Origin: Pseudomonadota bacterium
Lineage (GTDB): Bacteria > Desulfobacterota > Desulfobacteria > Desulfobacterales > RPRI01
DNA: 49,785 bases
Assembly (NCBI GenBank): GCA_043825875.1
Contig: JBDRRF010000091.1
Coordinates: forward strand, 1 to 49,785
Direction: 5' to 3'
Below the pieces are notes generated by a model. The model had not been told where the DNA came from. It did no database searches and saw only the letters and a program-made list of their open reading frames with translations. Position 1 is the first letter of the stretch. Every line of letters starts with the position of its first letter. Positions 28,099-37,315 of this stretch are shown one piece after another. Both the position numbers and the translations under genes were made by a program.

Positions 28099-29260
28099 CT
28101 ATTTCCATGACGATACTTGCTCTATATTTGAGTGAATCTGATAAAATCTATTTTTAGTGGAATAACCCCATCCAATCCGAAATTGCTCAATATCGTGAAT
28201 TATCTGAGCCTCATCTTGATTTGATATAAAGCCTGCTTCGGTATAAATATCTGCTGGATTTTTCTTATTTACTTCTTCTGGATTAAGGCCTCCTCCGGTC
28301 AAACAAATTGTAAACCACCAATCGGCATCTTTTAGAACAAGTTTCCTAAAGAACGTAGCAGCTTGTTTAATGCCGAGGTGCTGAGTTCCTAATGCCTCAT
28401 ATATATCGGCATTACAAATTTTTAAAGAAGCCATCAGAATGGTTCCAACCCCTATACACCAACGTATTTGGCCTTGACTTGATTTATCTGTCTCTAAAAC
28501 GTGTCCCATAATTCTAAAGACTTCTTGGACTTGTCTCGGAGTCATTTCCATAGAGCTAATTAAATTAACAATGTCTTCAAGCCGAGATGGATCAACAGAC
28601 AAAAAGCAATAACGTTCATTCTCTTTTTGCATGTAATAACCAACGTATTCCGATGCTAATGTATGGTAGATTTTTATACTTGGCTTCGGAAACATTACTT
28701 CTCTTTGTACAAATTTACGATAATATTCTGGAAAATTAAGATCGTTACCAAAAGCTGCTTTTGCGGAGCATTCTAATTGTTTGCGATCTACAGCTAAAAC
28801 GAAAATAATACCGTAAATATCAAATATATGATTTATTGTCTCTAAGTATGAAATTGCGTAATCAGGTCTACATCGGTCGAGTTCATCAACCAATATCAAG
28901 ATAGTTGGATTGTTATCCTTAATGAGTTTTTTGATCGAATTTTTTAGTGCCTGTAATGACTTCTTCTTTACCCAATGATTCAAGGAGAGCCGACACAATC
29001 GATACAAGAGGATCACCGCAGTAGTCATCGTTCCAAGCGTTCACTTCTACTAATATTATGTCATTAAATTTACTTTTGTTTTTTATGATACGATCTGACC
29101 ACATTTTTAAAAAAGTGCTCTTCCCAGTGCCAAATCCTGCGTTTAAGCTAATGACAAGACTTTCATTGACATAACGATGCTCTACTTTGATAAAGCTCTC
29201 CAGTTTTTCGGCAAATTGCTGAAGGTCAAGAAGATCTTCCTCAAATGTTGAAATTTTCAT
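28099..29260 (-). pseudogene. KAP-family P-loop NTPase, frameshifted
   Basis: Walker A AGFGTGKST and NAWNDD in ORF 28919..29260; Walker B VDELDRCRP in ORF 28099..29028; frame change near 28965. Confidence 0.85.
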
Positions 29261-29309
29261 TATTTATCCTATTCTCCTTCCGGTTACCAATCGGGGTCAT
29301 ACCAATCGA

Positions 29310-29463
29310 GGGCAAACTTTAAAATTGTGCTTTAAGCAAGAAAACTTGTATCTCGAAAGTATTATCATGGCAAATATAAAAGCGTTTAAAGAAGAATTCT
29401 CCAAGCGCTGTATGTTTGTGCTTCTAAATCAATAATCAACGGGCTGTTACCCAAACCGCTTTT
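29310..29463 (+). repeat. ~155-bp imperfect direct repeat, copy 2
   Basis: Matches 26865-27019; preceded by the tandem TACCAATCGGGGTCA-TACCAATCGAGGGCA. Confidence 0.9.
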
Positions 29464-29576
29464 GGCTCTTATTTATCATAAGATGAAGTTCATTTATACT
29501 TTTTCTTAAATTTGGCCTAAACCCCAACGTTCATATAGACAGGAAGATTATAAGGATGTCCCTATGCCGCCCTTTG

Positions 29577-30926
29577 CTATCGCCTGCCAGACCAATTACC
29601 GCCATTATTGCGCGATTGATCATATCCCCATGTACCATTAAATTGCTCCCCATTCTTAGAGGCTTTAAAAAGCCCCTGCCCATAAGAGCTGCCTTCTCTC
29701 CATTGAAAGTATAGCAGGTTCTTTTTAACTATACCTTTGATTTTTCCGGCACCCAAACCATATGTATAAATACCGCTTACATTTTGTCCGATTCTTTCAA
29801 AGCGTATGGATATCTTCACGCCAGCGTTGTTGCCGATAGTAAACTCCCCTTCGTATAATCCGCTGAATGCTTGACCGGCCGTTGTGCTTTCTGATTTGAG
29901 ACTTTTTAATTGTGGGCCAATGCTGCCTTCCGGTCTGGGCGTCAAATATCCCAATTCCATGGTTCTTCCGATATGGGCTATACTTTTTTGAGTATCCCGG
30001 TTAGCTAAAATATCAGCAATGGCATCTAACTGGCTTGCCATATAATTGATTTGGACAACGGCTTTGCGGATATCCGGTTCGGTTCGTGCAAAATCTGTGG
30101 AATGCGTTTTAAGCTTTAAAGAAAGCGCGCGTATTCGTTCAGGAGATAGCGGGTGGGTTGATTGCGTGCGAAGGTAATTTTCCCATTGTGCATCCGAATT
30201 AAAATCCCCACGATGATTTGATAAATATAATGTAGCCATAAAAAAATGGGTGATACCCATTGGCGCAACACCAATACGTCTCATCAGCTCCATGGCAAAA
30301 TTGTCGGCCTGAAGTTCATTTTGTCGGGCCTGATCCAATGGAATATCATAGCCGGGATGATGATAGTAATGATGTCCGAGCTCATGTGCCATAATGAAGA
30401 CCATTGCCGATTTTAGAATTTTTTGGGAAAGTGAATCAACACGTTTATCATTAAGCGCGTCGTCTGGTATTTGAAGCGCTGCCAGTGGGGGAGGAAACCT
30501 TTTTCCCGGAAGTGACTGTGGGTTTTTATATTTTATCATGCTCATATAGTTGTAAATTGTATCCTGGCTGTAACCATTGAACAAAAGCCAGGCAGAGGCG
30601 ATGGCCACATCATCTAACAGCTTTATGGATAGAATGGGCAGAAGTATTCCTCTCGGTCGATTGGCCGCATAGAAATTTATTGGGGAATTTTGACCGGAAG
30701 CAATGAGTGGAAACTGCAAGGCAACGGAACCGATGGATTGCCGTTCCTTTGGGGTAAGATTCTTCATAAGAAGATGCTTAAAATTCCAGCGAACATTTTT
30801 AGGATATCTTGATTGCCAATATTGTAGTGTGCTTTCCGGATAAAACTTTTCTAAATAAGAGGCATGCAGTGGCAACACGCCAAAGGCAAGGATAAGCAAA
30901 GTAATAAATAAGACGCGGCTACGCAT
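29577..30926 (-). CDS. Secreted zinc metallopeptidase-like protein (M48-like HExxH) with C-terminal beta-rich domain
   Basis: Signal peptide, AHELGHH, ELQADNFA, THP..ERI motifs. Confidence 0.75.
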   Translation of the reverse strand: MRSRVLFITLLILAFGVLPLHASYLEKFYPESTLQYWQSRYPKNVRWNFKHLLMKNLTPKERQSIGSVALQFPLIASGQNSPINFYAANRPRGILLPILSIKLLDDVAIASAWLLFNGYSQDTIYNYMSMIKYKNPQSLPGKRFPPPLAALQIPDDALNDKRVDSLSQKILKSAMVFIMAHELGHHYYHHPGYDIPLDQARQNELQADNFAMELMRRIGVAPMGITHFFMATLYLSNHRGDFNSDAQWENYLRTQSTHPLSPERIRALSLKLKTHSTDFARTEPDIRKAVVQINYMASQLDAIADILANRDTQKSIAHIGRTMELGYLTPRPEGSIGPQLKSLKSESTTAGQAFSGLYEGEFTIGNNAGVKISIRFERIGQNVSGIYTYGLGAGKIKGIVKKNLLYFQWREGSSYGQGLFKASKNGEQFNGTWGYDQSRNNGGNWSGRR

Positions 30927-30940
30927 GATAAACCCTCCTG

Positions 30941-31546
30941 TTATCCGTCATGCCCATAAAAAAACAGCTCTTTCGCCTGCTGGCATCCGTCTGGCAGGGC
31001 GGTTTCGCCCCCCAGACTCACCCATTGCTCGAAAGCTTCAAATGAGCCCCAATCTGCTCCCCACACCTTGCTAATCAACTCCAATTTGACGGCAGGCAGT
31101 TGCAGTTGCATATTCACACGATCCTCCTCATTTTCGAAACCCTTTATCTTCTTTGGAAGTTGATTGAGCCAATAAAATGAGGGACGAAGCAAAGAGCGCT
31201 TATTTTCGAGTTCAGCTGAATCTATATTCGCACTACCTTCGGTTGCACCCTGGTAATTTATTTTTGCCTGGGATACCTGAGCGACTTCCAAATTTTTGGG
31301 TTCAACGCTGTATTGAATCGCATTATTCAGAGAAAGGGCGATGACAGCCGCACCGAAAAGCGCAAAAAAAACGCCAGGGCCAACACGGCTCAAGAAAATT
31401 GAAATGTTTCCAGGCAAGATGATTTTGCCTTGGCTGTCAGATTTTTCAGGCAATTTGATAAAAAGTCGGTAGCCTAAATAAATTGACACGCCACCGATAA
31501 CAGAATCCAAAATCCTTTCAAAAGACCTAATAATGATCGGATCCAT
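30941..31546 (-). CDS. Hypothetical protein with two N-terminal TM segments
   Basis: 201-aa ORF, AGGAG RBS, 14 bp from the peptidase gene. Confidence 0.75.
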   Translation of the reverse strand: MDPIIIRSFERILDSVIGGVSIYLGYRLFIKLPEKSDSQGKIILPGNISIFLSRVGPGVFFALFGAAVIALSLNNAIQYSVEPKNLEVAQVSQAKINYQGATEGSANIDSAELENKRSLLRPSFYWLNQLPKKIKGFENEEDRVNMQLQLPAVKLELISKVWGADWGSFEAFEQWVSLGGETALPDGCQQAKELFFYGHDG

Positions 31547-31620
31547 AAAAATCTCCTTTCTAAGCTTTCGCTGTTATAGGAACATATTAGGAGCATATCT
31601 TAAATATTTATTATTCTCTT

Positions 31621-31807
31621 GAGCCACTTTAAAAACGTTTCAGTTTGGTCAAGCTCAAGGCGGGCGAATATTTCAAGCACAGGAATACATAGAGTATTTC
31701 TATGATAGCGCTAATGGTTAGCGCTGATGCTTCACTACGTGTCACTTCGTGCGAAATTTAAGCCCAACGCAGAGTTCGGCCCAAATGGGGCGTTTTGAAA
31801 CTGGCTC
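31621..31807 (+). mobile_element. MITE subfamily A copy with +45-bp nested insertion
   Basis: Same TIRs; 4-bp TSD TCTT; internal extra AGCGCTAATGGTTAGCGCTGATGCTTCACTACGTGTCACTTCGTGC. Confidence 0.9.
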
Positions 31808-31851
31808 TCTTTTTAATTTGATTTATAGTAGTACAACACTAATATAAAGTT

Positions 31852-32169
31852 TTATGGACTTTCTTCTTCACCAACAGGCTCCAGACCAGTTTTTAATCTG
31901 CCCCATCCGGCAGCGGTGGAAATATAGAGTTGCAAGGGCTTTTCGTTCTGGAGTATCTTTAGCACCGCTTCAAGCTGATCAATATGGAAATAAAGGAAAA
32001 TTCGATCCATAGATGACTGATACCGAGGCTTTTGTATATTACTTTTTTCACAAAAAGCAAGCATACCAACCTGGGTGTTTCCCCGATAGCAGGTAATACT
32101 GGCTTTTGTGGTTGTTCCGGAGTTTACAGCAAGAATATACTTGTCAAAATCTTTTGTAATATTGGGCAT
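31852..32169 (-). CDS. Hypothetical protein
   Basis: 105-aa ORF with AAGGAGGT RBS; C-terminal EPVGEEE. Confidence 0.8.
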   Translation of the reverse strand: MPNITKDFDKYILAVNSGTTTKASITCYRGNTQVGMLAFCEKSNIQKPRYQSSMDRIFLYFHIDQLEAVLKILQNEKPLQLYISTAAGWGRLKTGLEPVGEEESP

Positions 32170-32358
32170 GATAACCTCCTTTTTTTGGGTGAATTCTAAG
32201 AAAACATTATGGTCATATCTTAAATATTTATTGTTTTTTTACTCTATTGGCACGACCTTTTAGCATGCGATCACTCTGTATCTTATTTGCAAATTAAGTT
32301 TACTAATTTAATACGTACCTAATACTACCCCTTATTGCGCTTCCTTCTTTTATGATTT

Positions 32359-32428
32359 CCTTTATAGTAATATGCTAAGAAAGACATCTACTATCAAATA
32401 AATAACTAAAGAACGCCCCCGATATCCC
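32359..32428 (+). repeat. Dispersed repeat B, diverged copy 2
   Basis: AAGAAAGACATCTA and ATAACTAAAGAA..CCCGATAT shared with 28003-28075. Confidence 0.7.
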
Positions 32429-32486
32429 TTCAAACACCAGCGATAGAATGAACCAATAATGATGACAATCAATAATTGTACTCCAT

Positions 32487-32807
32487 CTATTTGATATTCA
32501 ATAAATGTTTACCTATAACAAAAACCCAACCCGCCGCAGTTACAACGAATGCTGGCAAGACGAGTGCAACTGCCGCGCTGCGTCCTTTACCCTGCGTTGC
32601 TTTCTTCCATACGAATACAAATGATGCAAGATGCGCTACTACCAGCAACCCAGCAATGATGTAGGTGACTTGATAAGAGCCAGATTGGTACCCACCTATC
32701 ATAGAAAACACTAAAAACATATATGAAGCACACAACCCTATAGCTGTTGTAAGAATGTAGATGATAATATCCAATACCAGGTCTATGTTCTTTTTAGTAC
32801 TTCTCAT
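32487..32807 (-). CDS. Cassette-borne three-TM hypothetical protein
   Basis: ATG 32807 after AGGAG, just downstream of attC core GTTGTTC. Confidence 0.7.
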   Translation of the reverse strand: MRSTKKNIDLVLDIIIYILTTAIGLCASYMFLVFSMIGGYQSGSYQVTYIIAGLLVVAHLASFVFVWKKATQGKGRSAAVALVLPAFVVTAAGWVFVIGKHLLNIK

Positions 32808-32816
32808 GTTTCTCCT

Positions 32817-32930
32817 GAACAACGTTTATGTGAGGAGGGGCGGTTTAGAAGCTGAGATATTGAATATACAGAACCAGCTTATTACTCCAACCGCTATTTG
32901 GCAACCCTCCGATCGACCTTGTGGTTAGCT
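32817..32930 (-). other. attC-like recombination site (somewhat degenerate)
   Basis: Minus strand AGCTAAC ... GGAGGG ... CCCTCC ... GTTGTTC between co-oriented small ORFs. Confidence 0.6.
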
Positions 32931-32943
32931 TTTTTACGTTATA

Positions 32944-33180
32944 TTACTTTGATTCAAGAAGGCTAATGATTTTATCAATTTTTTCACTAATTGTTTTGTC
33001 TGTGAGTGAAGCCAAATAAAGCGCCAAATAAAAGCCTACTACAGGGATTATACTCAATATGCCATAAAGAAATGGTCTCCTTCCTTTGCGTTTTGATAGG
33101 AAGATATTAAAAATGATAATGGGTAAGGTCATTAAAATTAAAGGTATAAACGCTGCGAATCCTGCTGTTTCTTGTTCCAT
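32944..33180 (-). CDS. Small two-TM hypothetical protein
   Basis: 78-aa ORF with AGGAG RBS. Confidence 0.75.
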   Translation of the reverse strand: MEQETAGFAAFIPLILMTLPIIIFNIFLSKRKGRRPFLYGILSIIPVVGFYLALYLASLTDKTISEKIDKIISLLESK

Positions 33181-33216
33181 CTCATTCTCCTATTTTTTTA
33201 AATAATTTTTTGAAAA

Positions 33217-33813
33217 TTATTTGTTCAACTTTAATAGAATTGCATCCAATTTGTCTTCTGTTGGTATGTCTGGCAGTACTTTCTTTTTTATATCAAGCAC
33301 AACAGTTCCGGCAATAAAATCATGTAATGCTCTCTTTTTTTGGTTGAATAAAAGAACAATTAATTCACTCCAAATCCAAATTTGACTTGCTGTGTATATT
33401 GGATTATAAGCTTGGGGCATATTTTCGTGTAAAAAAACTGCCTGCTTAAACCATGAAAGATTATCATATGAAGGATCTGATATATTAAAAAGAGTATATG
33501 CTTGCATAAAAACGATAATTATTCCAAAAGATAAATCGACAATATTTCTAAGGAATGCTTCTTTGTAATGGATTGTCTCTCCATCAACCTTTGTTATTTT
33601 AATCCCCATTATTAACTTCCCAAATGTTCCACCATAATTTGCATTCATATAGATATGATATGCGAAGAATAAAAGCGTGTGAGGGATTATAACAATCAAA
33701 TGAATGGTTTTAGAAAATGATCCAACCCAAAGGATGAAAATTGAAATTGGCATTAAAATTATAAAATCTAATATCACAGAAGATAATCTTTTCCAAAAAC
33801 CTGCATATTGCAT
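33217..33813 (-). CDS. RDD family membrane protein
   Basis: YAGFWKRL..ILD, TFGK..GIKI, KRALHDFIAGTVV motifs. Confidence 0.9.
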   Translation of the reverse strand: MQYAGFWKRLSSVILDFIILMPISIFILWVGSFSKTIHLIVIIPHTLLFFAYHIYMNANYGGTFGKLIMGIKITKVDGETIHYKEAFLRNIVDLSFGIIIVFMQAYTLFNISDPSYDNLSWFKQAVFLHENMPQAYNPIYTASQIWIWSELIVLLFNQKKRALHDFIAGTVVLDIKKKVLPDIPTEDKLDAILLKLNK

Positions 33814-33831
33814 ATAAGTAGTCCTGATTTT

Positions 33832-33890
33832 TAAAAGCGATCTAATCAGCCGCGAAGCCTTTTACGTGGGCTGATTTAGCTTTGCTATGT
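33832..33890 (-). other. Degenerate attC-like site with AGC/GCT in place of AAC/GTT
   Basis: Minus strand ACATAGC-aaagCTAAATCAGCC...GGCTGATTAG-atc-GCTTTTA; spacing nearly equals the attC at 34421-34505. Confidence 0.5.
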
Positions 33891-33891
33891 T

Positions 33892-34395
33892 TTATTGGGT
33901 ATTATTCATTTGAGATGCTATTTTATCAAGCTCTATCATTTTGGGACGGTGATAGAGCATCGCAGCGGCGGAAATACCTGCCAATATATAAAGAGTTGGG
34001 AAATCTTTACTAAGAAGGAATAGAACGAAACCTACTATCCCGATACTTTCTGAAATAGCAATTGAAACAATTACGGCAGTTCCATATTTGACAATTGAAG
34101 GGTGAGAATTGGTCTTAGCAGCACGTTTGAAATATTTTGCTTCAATTTTTTCAGATTGTGGTTTCATTAAATGGTTTCGGAAATAATAACTGAAAATCAA
34201 AATGAAACCACAAACACTATAAAGAATAATTTTCAAAACATCTAAATGAAAATCAGCGCCAAGTATAGATTTCAAGGTTGGTTCTATCATATGGCAAATT
34301 TTAACATAAAGATATAATGAAAAGAGCATAGCTCCCCAGATAATCCAAATTCCACGGATTCCTTTTTTGAAGAGATCCTGTTTATCTGTATTCAA
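33892..34395 (-). CDS. Cassette-borne four-TM hypothetical protein
   Basis: 167-aa ORF with TTG start, between attC-like sites. Confidence 0.75.
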   Translation of the reverse strand: MNTDKQDLFKKGIRGIWIIWGAMLFSLYLYVKICHMIEPTLKSILGADFHLDVLKIILYSVCGFILIFSYYFRNHLMKPQSEKIEAKYFKRAAKTNSHPSIVKYGTAVIVSIAISESIGIVGFVLFLLSKDFPTLYILAGISAAAMLYHRPKMIELDKIASQMNNTQ

Positions 34396-34420
34396 TTTTA
34401 CTTTCCTTTTTTTGAGCTAA

Positions 34421-34505
34421 ACCCAACACTCAAAATCAGCCGCCGAAGACGAAAGAAAGATACGCTCGCGTCGTTAATTCGTCGGCTGCATTTTGCTGGT
34501 TATGC
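34421..34505 (-). other. attC recombination site
   Basis: Minus strand GCATAAC-cagCAAAATGCAGCCG...CGGCTGATTTTG-agt-GTTGGGT, with an unpaired extra base in the L boxes. Confidence 0.8.
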
Positions 34506-34512
34506 TGTTTTG

Positions 34513-34899
34513 CTAATAATCAGAATGTCTACCTCTTTTTATACAATCGGGGTCTTCTTTAAAGCCTTTTTCTCGTGCATCATCTATCGCATTATCAGTA
34601 ATAGCGAATGCTACAGCAAATATGACTACAGTTGTTGCATCTATAACCACTGTAATTGGAGTTCCCAAAACTCTGGTAGAATAATCCTTGAACCTATCAA
34701 ATGAATCTTTGTCTACATAAAACGCATGCTCATTATCATCTCGTATATATTTTGCACCTCTACTTTTTAAATTATCTTCTGTTATTTCAGTAAATTTGAT
34801 TTTTACATATCCATTTGGGTCTGTCCTATCCCATAAGTATGTGGTGGCACAAGAGTTGAGTACAAAAAATAAAATGGTGATAAGTATAATATTTTTCAT
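34513..34899 (-). CDS. Cassette-borne putative lipoprotein
   Basis: MKNIILITILFFVLNSC lipobox. Confidence 0.75.
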   Translation of the reverse strand: MKNIILITILFFVLNSCATTYLWDRTDPNGYVKIKFTEITEDNLKSRGAKYIRDDNEHAFYVDKDSFDRFKDYSTRVLGTPITVVIDATTVVIFAVAFAITDNAIDDAREKGFKEDPDCIKRGRHSDY

Positions 34900-35108
34900 A
34901 GATATATTTGAATAAAAAGTTATTCATAAGTTCTGTTGATCTTGTAATTTAGTATGATCAACGGAAAAATTGAAAATTATTATTGTAAAATGTAAAAATA
35001 ACTTGGACAAACATAGTTAAAGTTTTGTTACTTTATCTTAGTAGTACATATAATTCATTGATAGAATTTTTGTGAAAATATGTTTTTATCTTTCCGTTTT
35101 AAAAACAC

Positions 35109-35148
35109 AAAAGCCCCATGCTTCAATTATATGAAGATTGGGGCTTTT
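35109..35148. terminator. Bidirectional terminator-like hairpin
   Basis: AAAAGCCCCA...TGGGGCTTTT; second copy at 48530-48569. Confidence 0.7.
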
Positions 35149-35175
35149 TTATATCCGGCCATATTCAATCCTTTT

Positions 35176-35339
35176 GAGACCTCTGCAAAACGATCCCTTT
35201 TACACGATTCCTTCGTCAGGTTCAAATTTCGCACGCAGTGAAGCTTTAGCGCTATCCTCGAAATACCCTAAGTATTCCTGCGGTCAATATTTTCGCCTTC
35301 CTTGAACTTGAGCAAAATTGAACATTTTTCAAAAGTCTC
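35176..35339 (-). mobile_element. MITE subfamily B copy with +22-bp insertion
   Basis: GAGAC...GTCTC ends; core homologous to subfamily A; extra GCACGCAGTGAAGCTTTAGCGCT relative to 48596-48737. Confidence 0.85.
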
Positions 35340-35527
35340 ATCCTATAAAATATAAAATGAGATAACGGATTCTTGTTTCCAGAAAATACCAAAACAACAC
35401 AAATTGTATAATGAACAACAATACTAAAGTTTTGCTAACACTTTGAATCAACTAAATCAATAATTTTTTATATTGGTATATAGATATCTTATCTGATAAG
35501 CTCTTTTGAAGGTTGTGGTTTTTCTAT

Positions 35528-35659
35528 CTTATCGGCATTGGAGGTCACAAATTGTGACCTCCAATTTTTAAAATCTTCAATTATCAGCTCAAACATGAAG
35601 TCAGGAGGAAAGCGTTCAATGTTTCTTCTGACCGCCTGTTTTAACACTTTTGTCTCATA
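35528..35659 (-). pseudogene. Internal fragment of an ORF6N-domain gene
   Basis: Encodes [37 protein letters not shown]; homologous to 49368-49497. Confidence 0.85.
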
Positions 35660-35946
35660 AATTGATAGCCCTTCCTCTTTTTGATTTTCAATTGTTCCCA
35701 GAGTAAAACTTCCGATAAAACACCTTGATTGCTGAGTTTTCGAGATAGAGCCTTCAATTTTGGGGTATACAAAAAATTTTCATTACAACCCCCTTTCTCC
35801 CCACTTTTTTAAGGGGAAATTAATTAGATATGTGGTTGTCTTCATAAAAAGTAGATTTCGGTTTGATTGTTATTAAACATCATTATATATACACAGCATA
35901 AGGCATCCCGTAACAAGAAATCTTTATTACACAAAAACTATCTCAT

Positions 35947-36060
35947 AATAAAGATCACGCTCACTGACAAGGCGTGAGGCGATGAAAAAGCGCAGCATAT
36001 AGTTAATATGTGAGCATTTTGAAGAGCCTCACAACGCAGTCAGGGGGGGTTTGATTTATT
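35947..36060 (+). repeat. Palindromic element sharing architecture with the MITEs
   Basis: CTGAC-AAGGCGTGAGGC...GCCTCACAACGCA-GTCAG with central CATAT..ATATG hairpin. Confidence 0.55.
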
Positions 36061-36076
36061 TTGAAAAAGGATATTT

Positions 36077-37306
36077 ATGAAAATACTGCACACATCAGAC
36101 TGGCATATCGGCCGCGCGCTCCACGGCCGCAAGAGGTATAACGAGTACGAAGCCTTTCTGGGCTGGCTGGCAAAACTTATCGAAGATGAAAATATTGATG
36201 TATTGCTTGTAGCAGGAGATGTGTTTGACAACAGCACTCCGAGCAACCGGGCGCAGGAGATATATTACCGTTTTTTAAACCGGCTGGCTGTATCTGCAAA
36301 CCGCCATGTTGTGGTAACAGCCGGAAATCATGATTCGCCTTCATTTTTAAACGCTCCCCGTGAACTATTAAAATTTCTTAACATTCATGTTGTAGGTTGC
36401 GCGTCCGAATTTGCTCAGGATGAATTGATTACAATTGCGGATGCAGATAACGAGCCACAACTTATTATATGCGCCGTTCCTTATCTTCGTGACCGTGATA
36501 TCCGCACCGCTGAGGCCGGAGAAAGTCTGGAGGATAAAGAAAGAAAAATTATTGAAGGTATAAAATCTCATTATCGAAAACTTTATGATGCAGCGGAAGA
36601 AAAACGCGCATTGCTTAACAAACCCGTACCAGTTATCGCTATGGGGCATCTTTATACTGCTGGAGGAAAAACCGTTGACGGGGATGGTGTCAGAGAACTT
36701 TATATCGGGACTCTTTTGCATGTTGGAACGGATGTGTTTCCCGAAAGTATTGACTATCTTGCCCTGGGCCATCTTCACATACCGCAAAAGGTTGGCGGTT
36801 CGGATTTTATCCGTTATTCCGGTTCTCCACTGCCGATTGGTTTCGGGGAAGCTATGCATGAAAAAAGTGTTACTATTGTAGAATTCTCGGACAAACAACC
36901 TGTTGTTAAAACCATACCTGTTCCCTGTTTTCAGGAATTAAAAAGCATTAAAGGTGATTTGCAAACTATTATTCAAAATATCGAAGACCTGAAATCCAAA
37001 AAAAGCTCAGCTTGGCTGGAGATAGTATATGAAGGAGATGAGATTGCAGCAAATTTGCGCGAGCTTATAGATGAAGCTGTTTCCAATAGCTATCTTGAAA
37101 TTCTTCGTATTAAAAACAATATGATTATTGAACGTGTTTTAGAAAGGATAAATGTTAATGAAACGCTTGATGATCTTGATGTTTATGATGTATTCGGCCG
37201 CTGTCTTGACATGCATGTAATTTCCGAAGAACAAAAAAAAGAGCTTCTTGGCACATACCAGGAAGTAATTTCGGCTTTAAATGAAGAAGACATAATGAAG
37301 GAATAG
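36077..37306 (+). CDS. sbcD: Exonuclease SbcCD subunit D
   Basis: HTSDWHIG, AGDVFD, GNHDS, ALGHLH, YSGSP motifs. Confidence 0.95.
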   Translation: MKILHTSDWHIGRALHGRKRYNEYEAFLGWLAKLIEDENIDVLLVAGDVFDNSTPSNRAQEIYYRFLNRLAVSANRHVVVTAGNHDSPSFLNAPRELLKFLNIHVVGCASEFAQDELITIADADNEPQLIICAVPYLRDRDIRTAEAGESLEDKERKIIEGIKSHYRKLYDAAEEKRALLNKPVPVIAMGHLYTAGGKTVDGDGVRELYIGTLLHVGTDVFPESIDYLALGHLHIPQKVGGSDFIRYSGSPLPIGFGEAMHEKSVTIVEFSDKQPVVKTIPVPCFQELKSIKGDLQTIIQNIEDLKSKKSSAWLEIVYEGDEIAANLRELIDEAVSNSYLEILRIKNNMIIERVLERINVNETLDDLDVYDVFGRCLDMHVISEEQKKELLGTYQEVISALNEEDIMKE

Positions 37307-37315
37307 TTGTGCAGC

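Larger units (their letters stand above)
35107..35475 (+). repeat. Duplicated array-leader region, copy 1 (hairpin, MITE B, AT-rich segment)
   Basis: Colinear with 48528-48873. Confidence 0.92.

Noticed and set aside
28919..29028. Programmed frameshift in the KAP NTPase
   Set aside because: No clear slippery site, and the segment between Walker A and Walker B looks shortened; a deletion is more likely.
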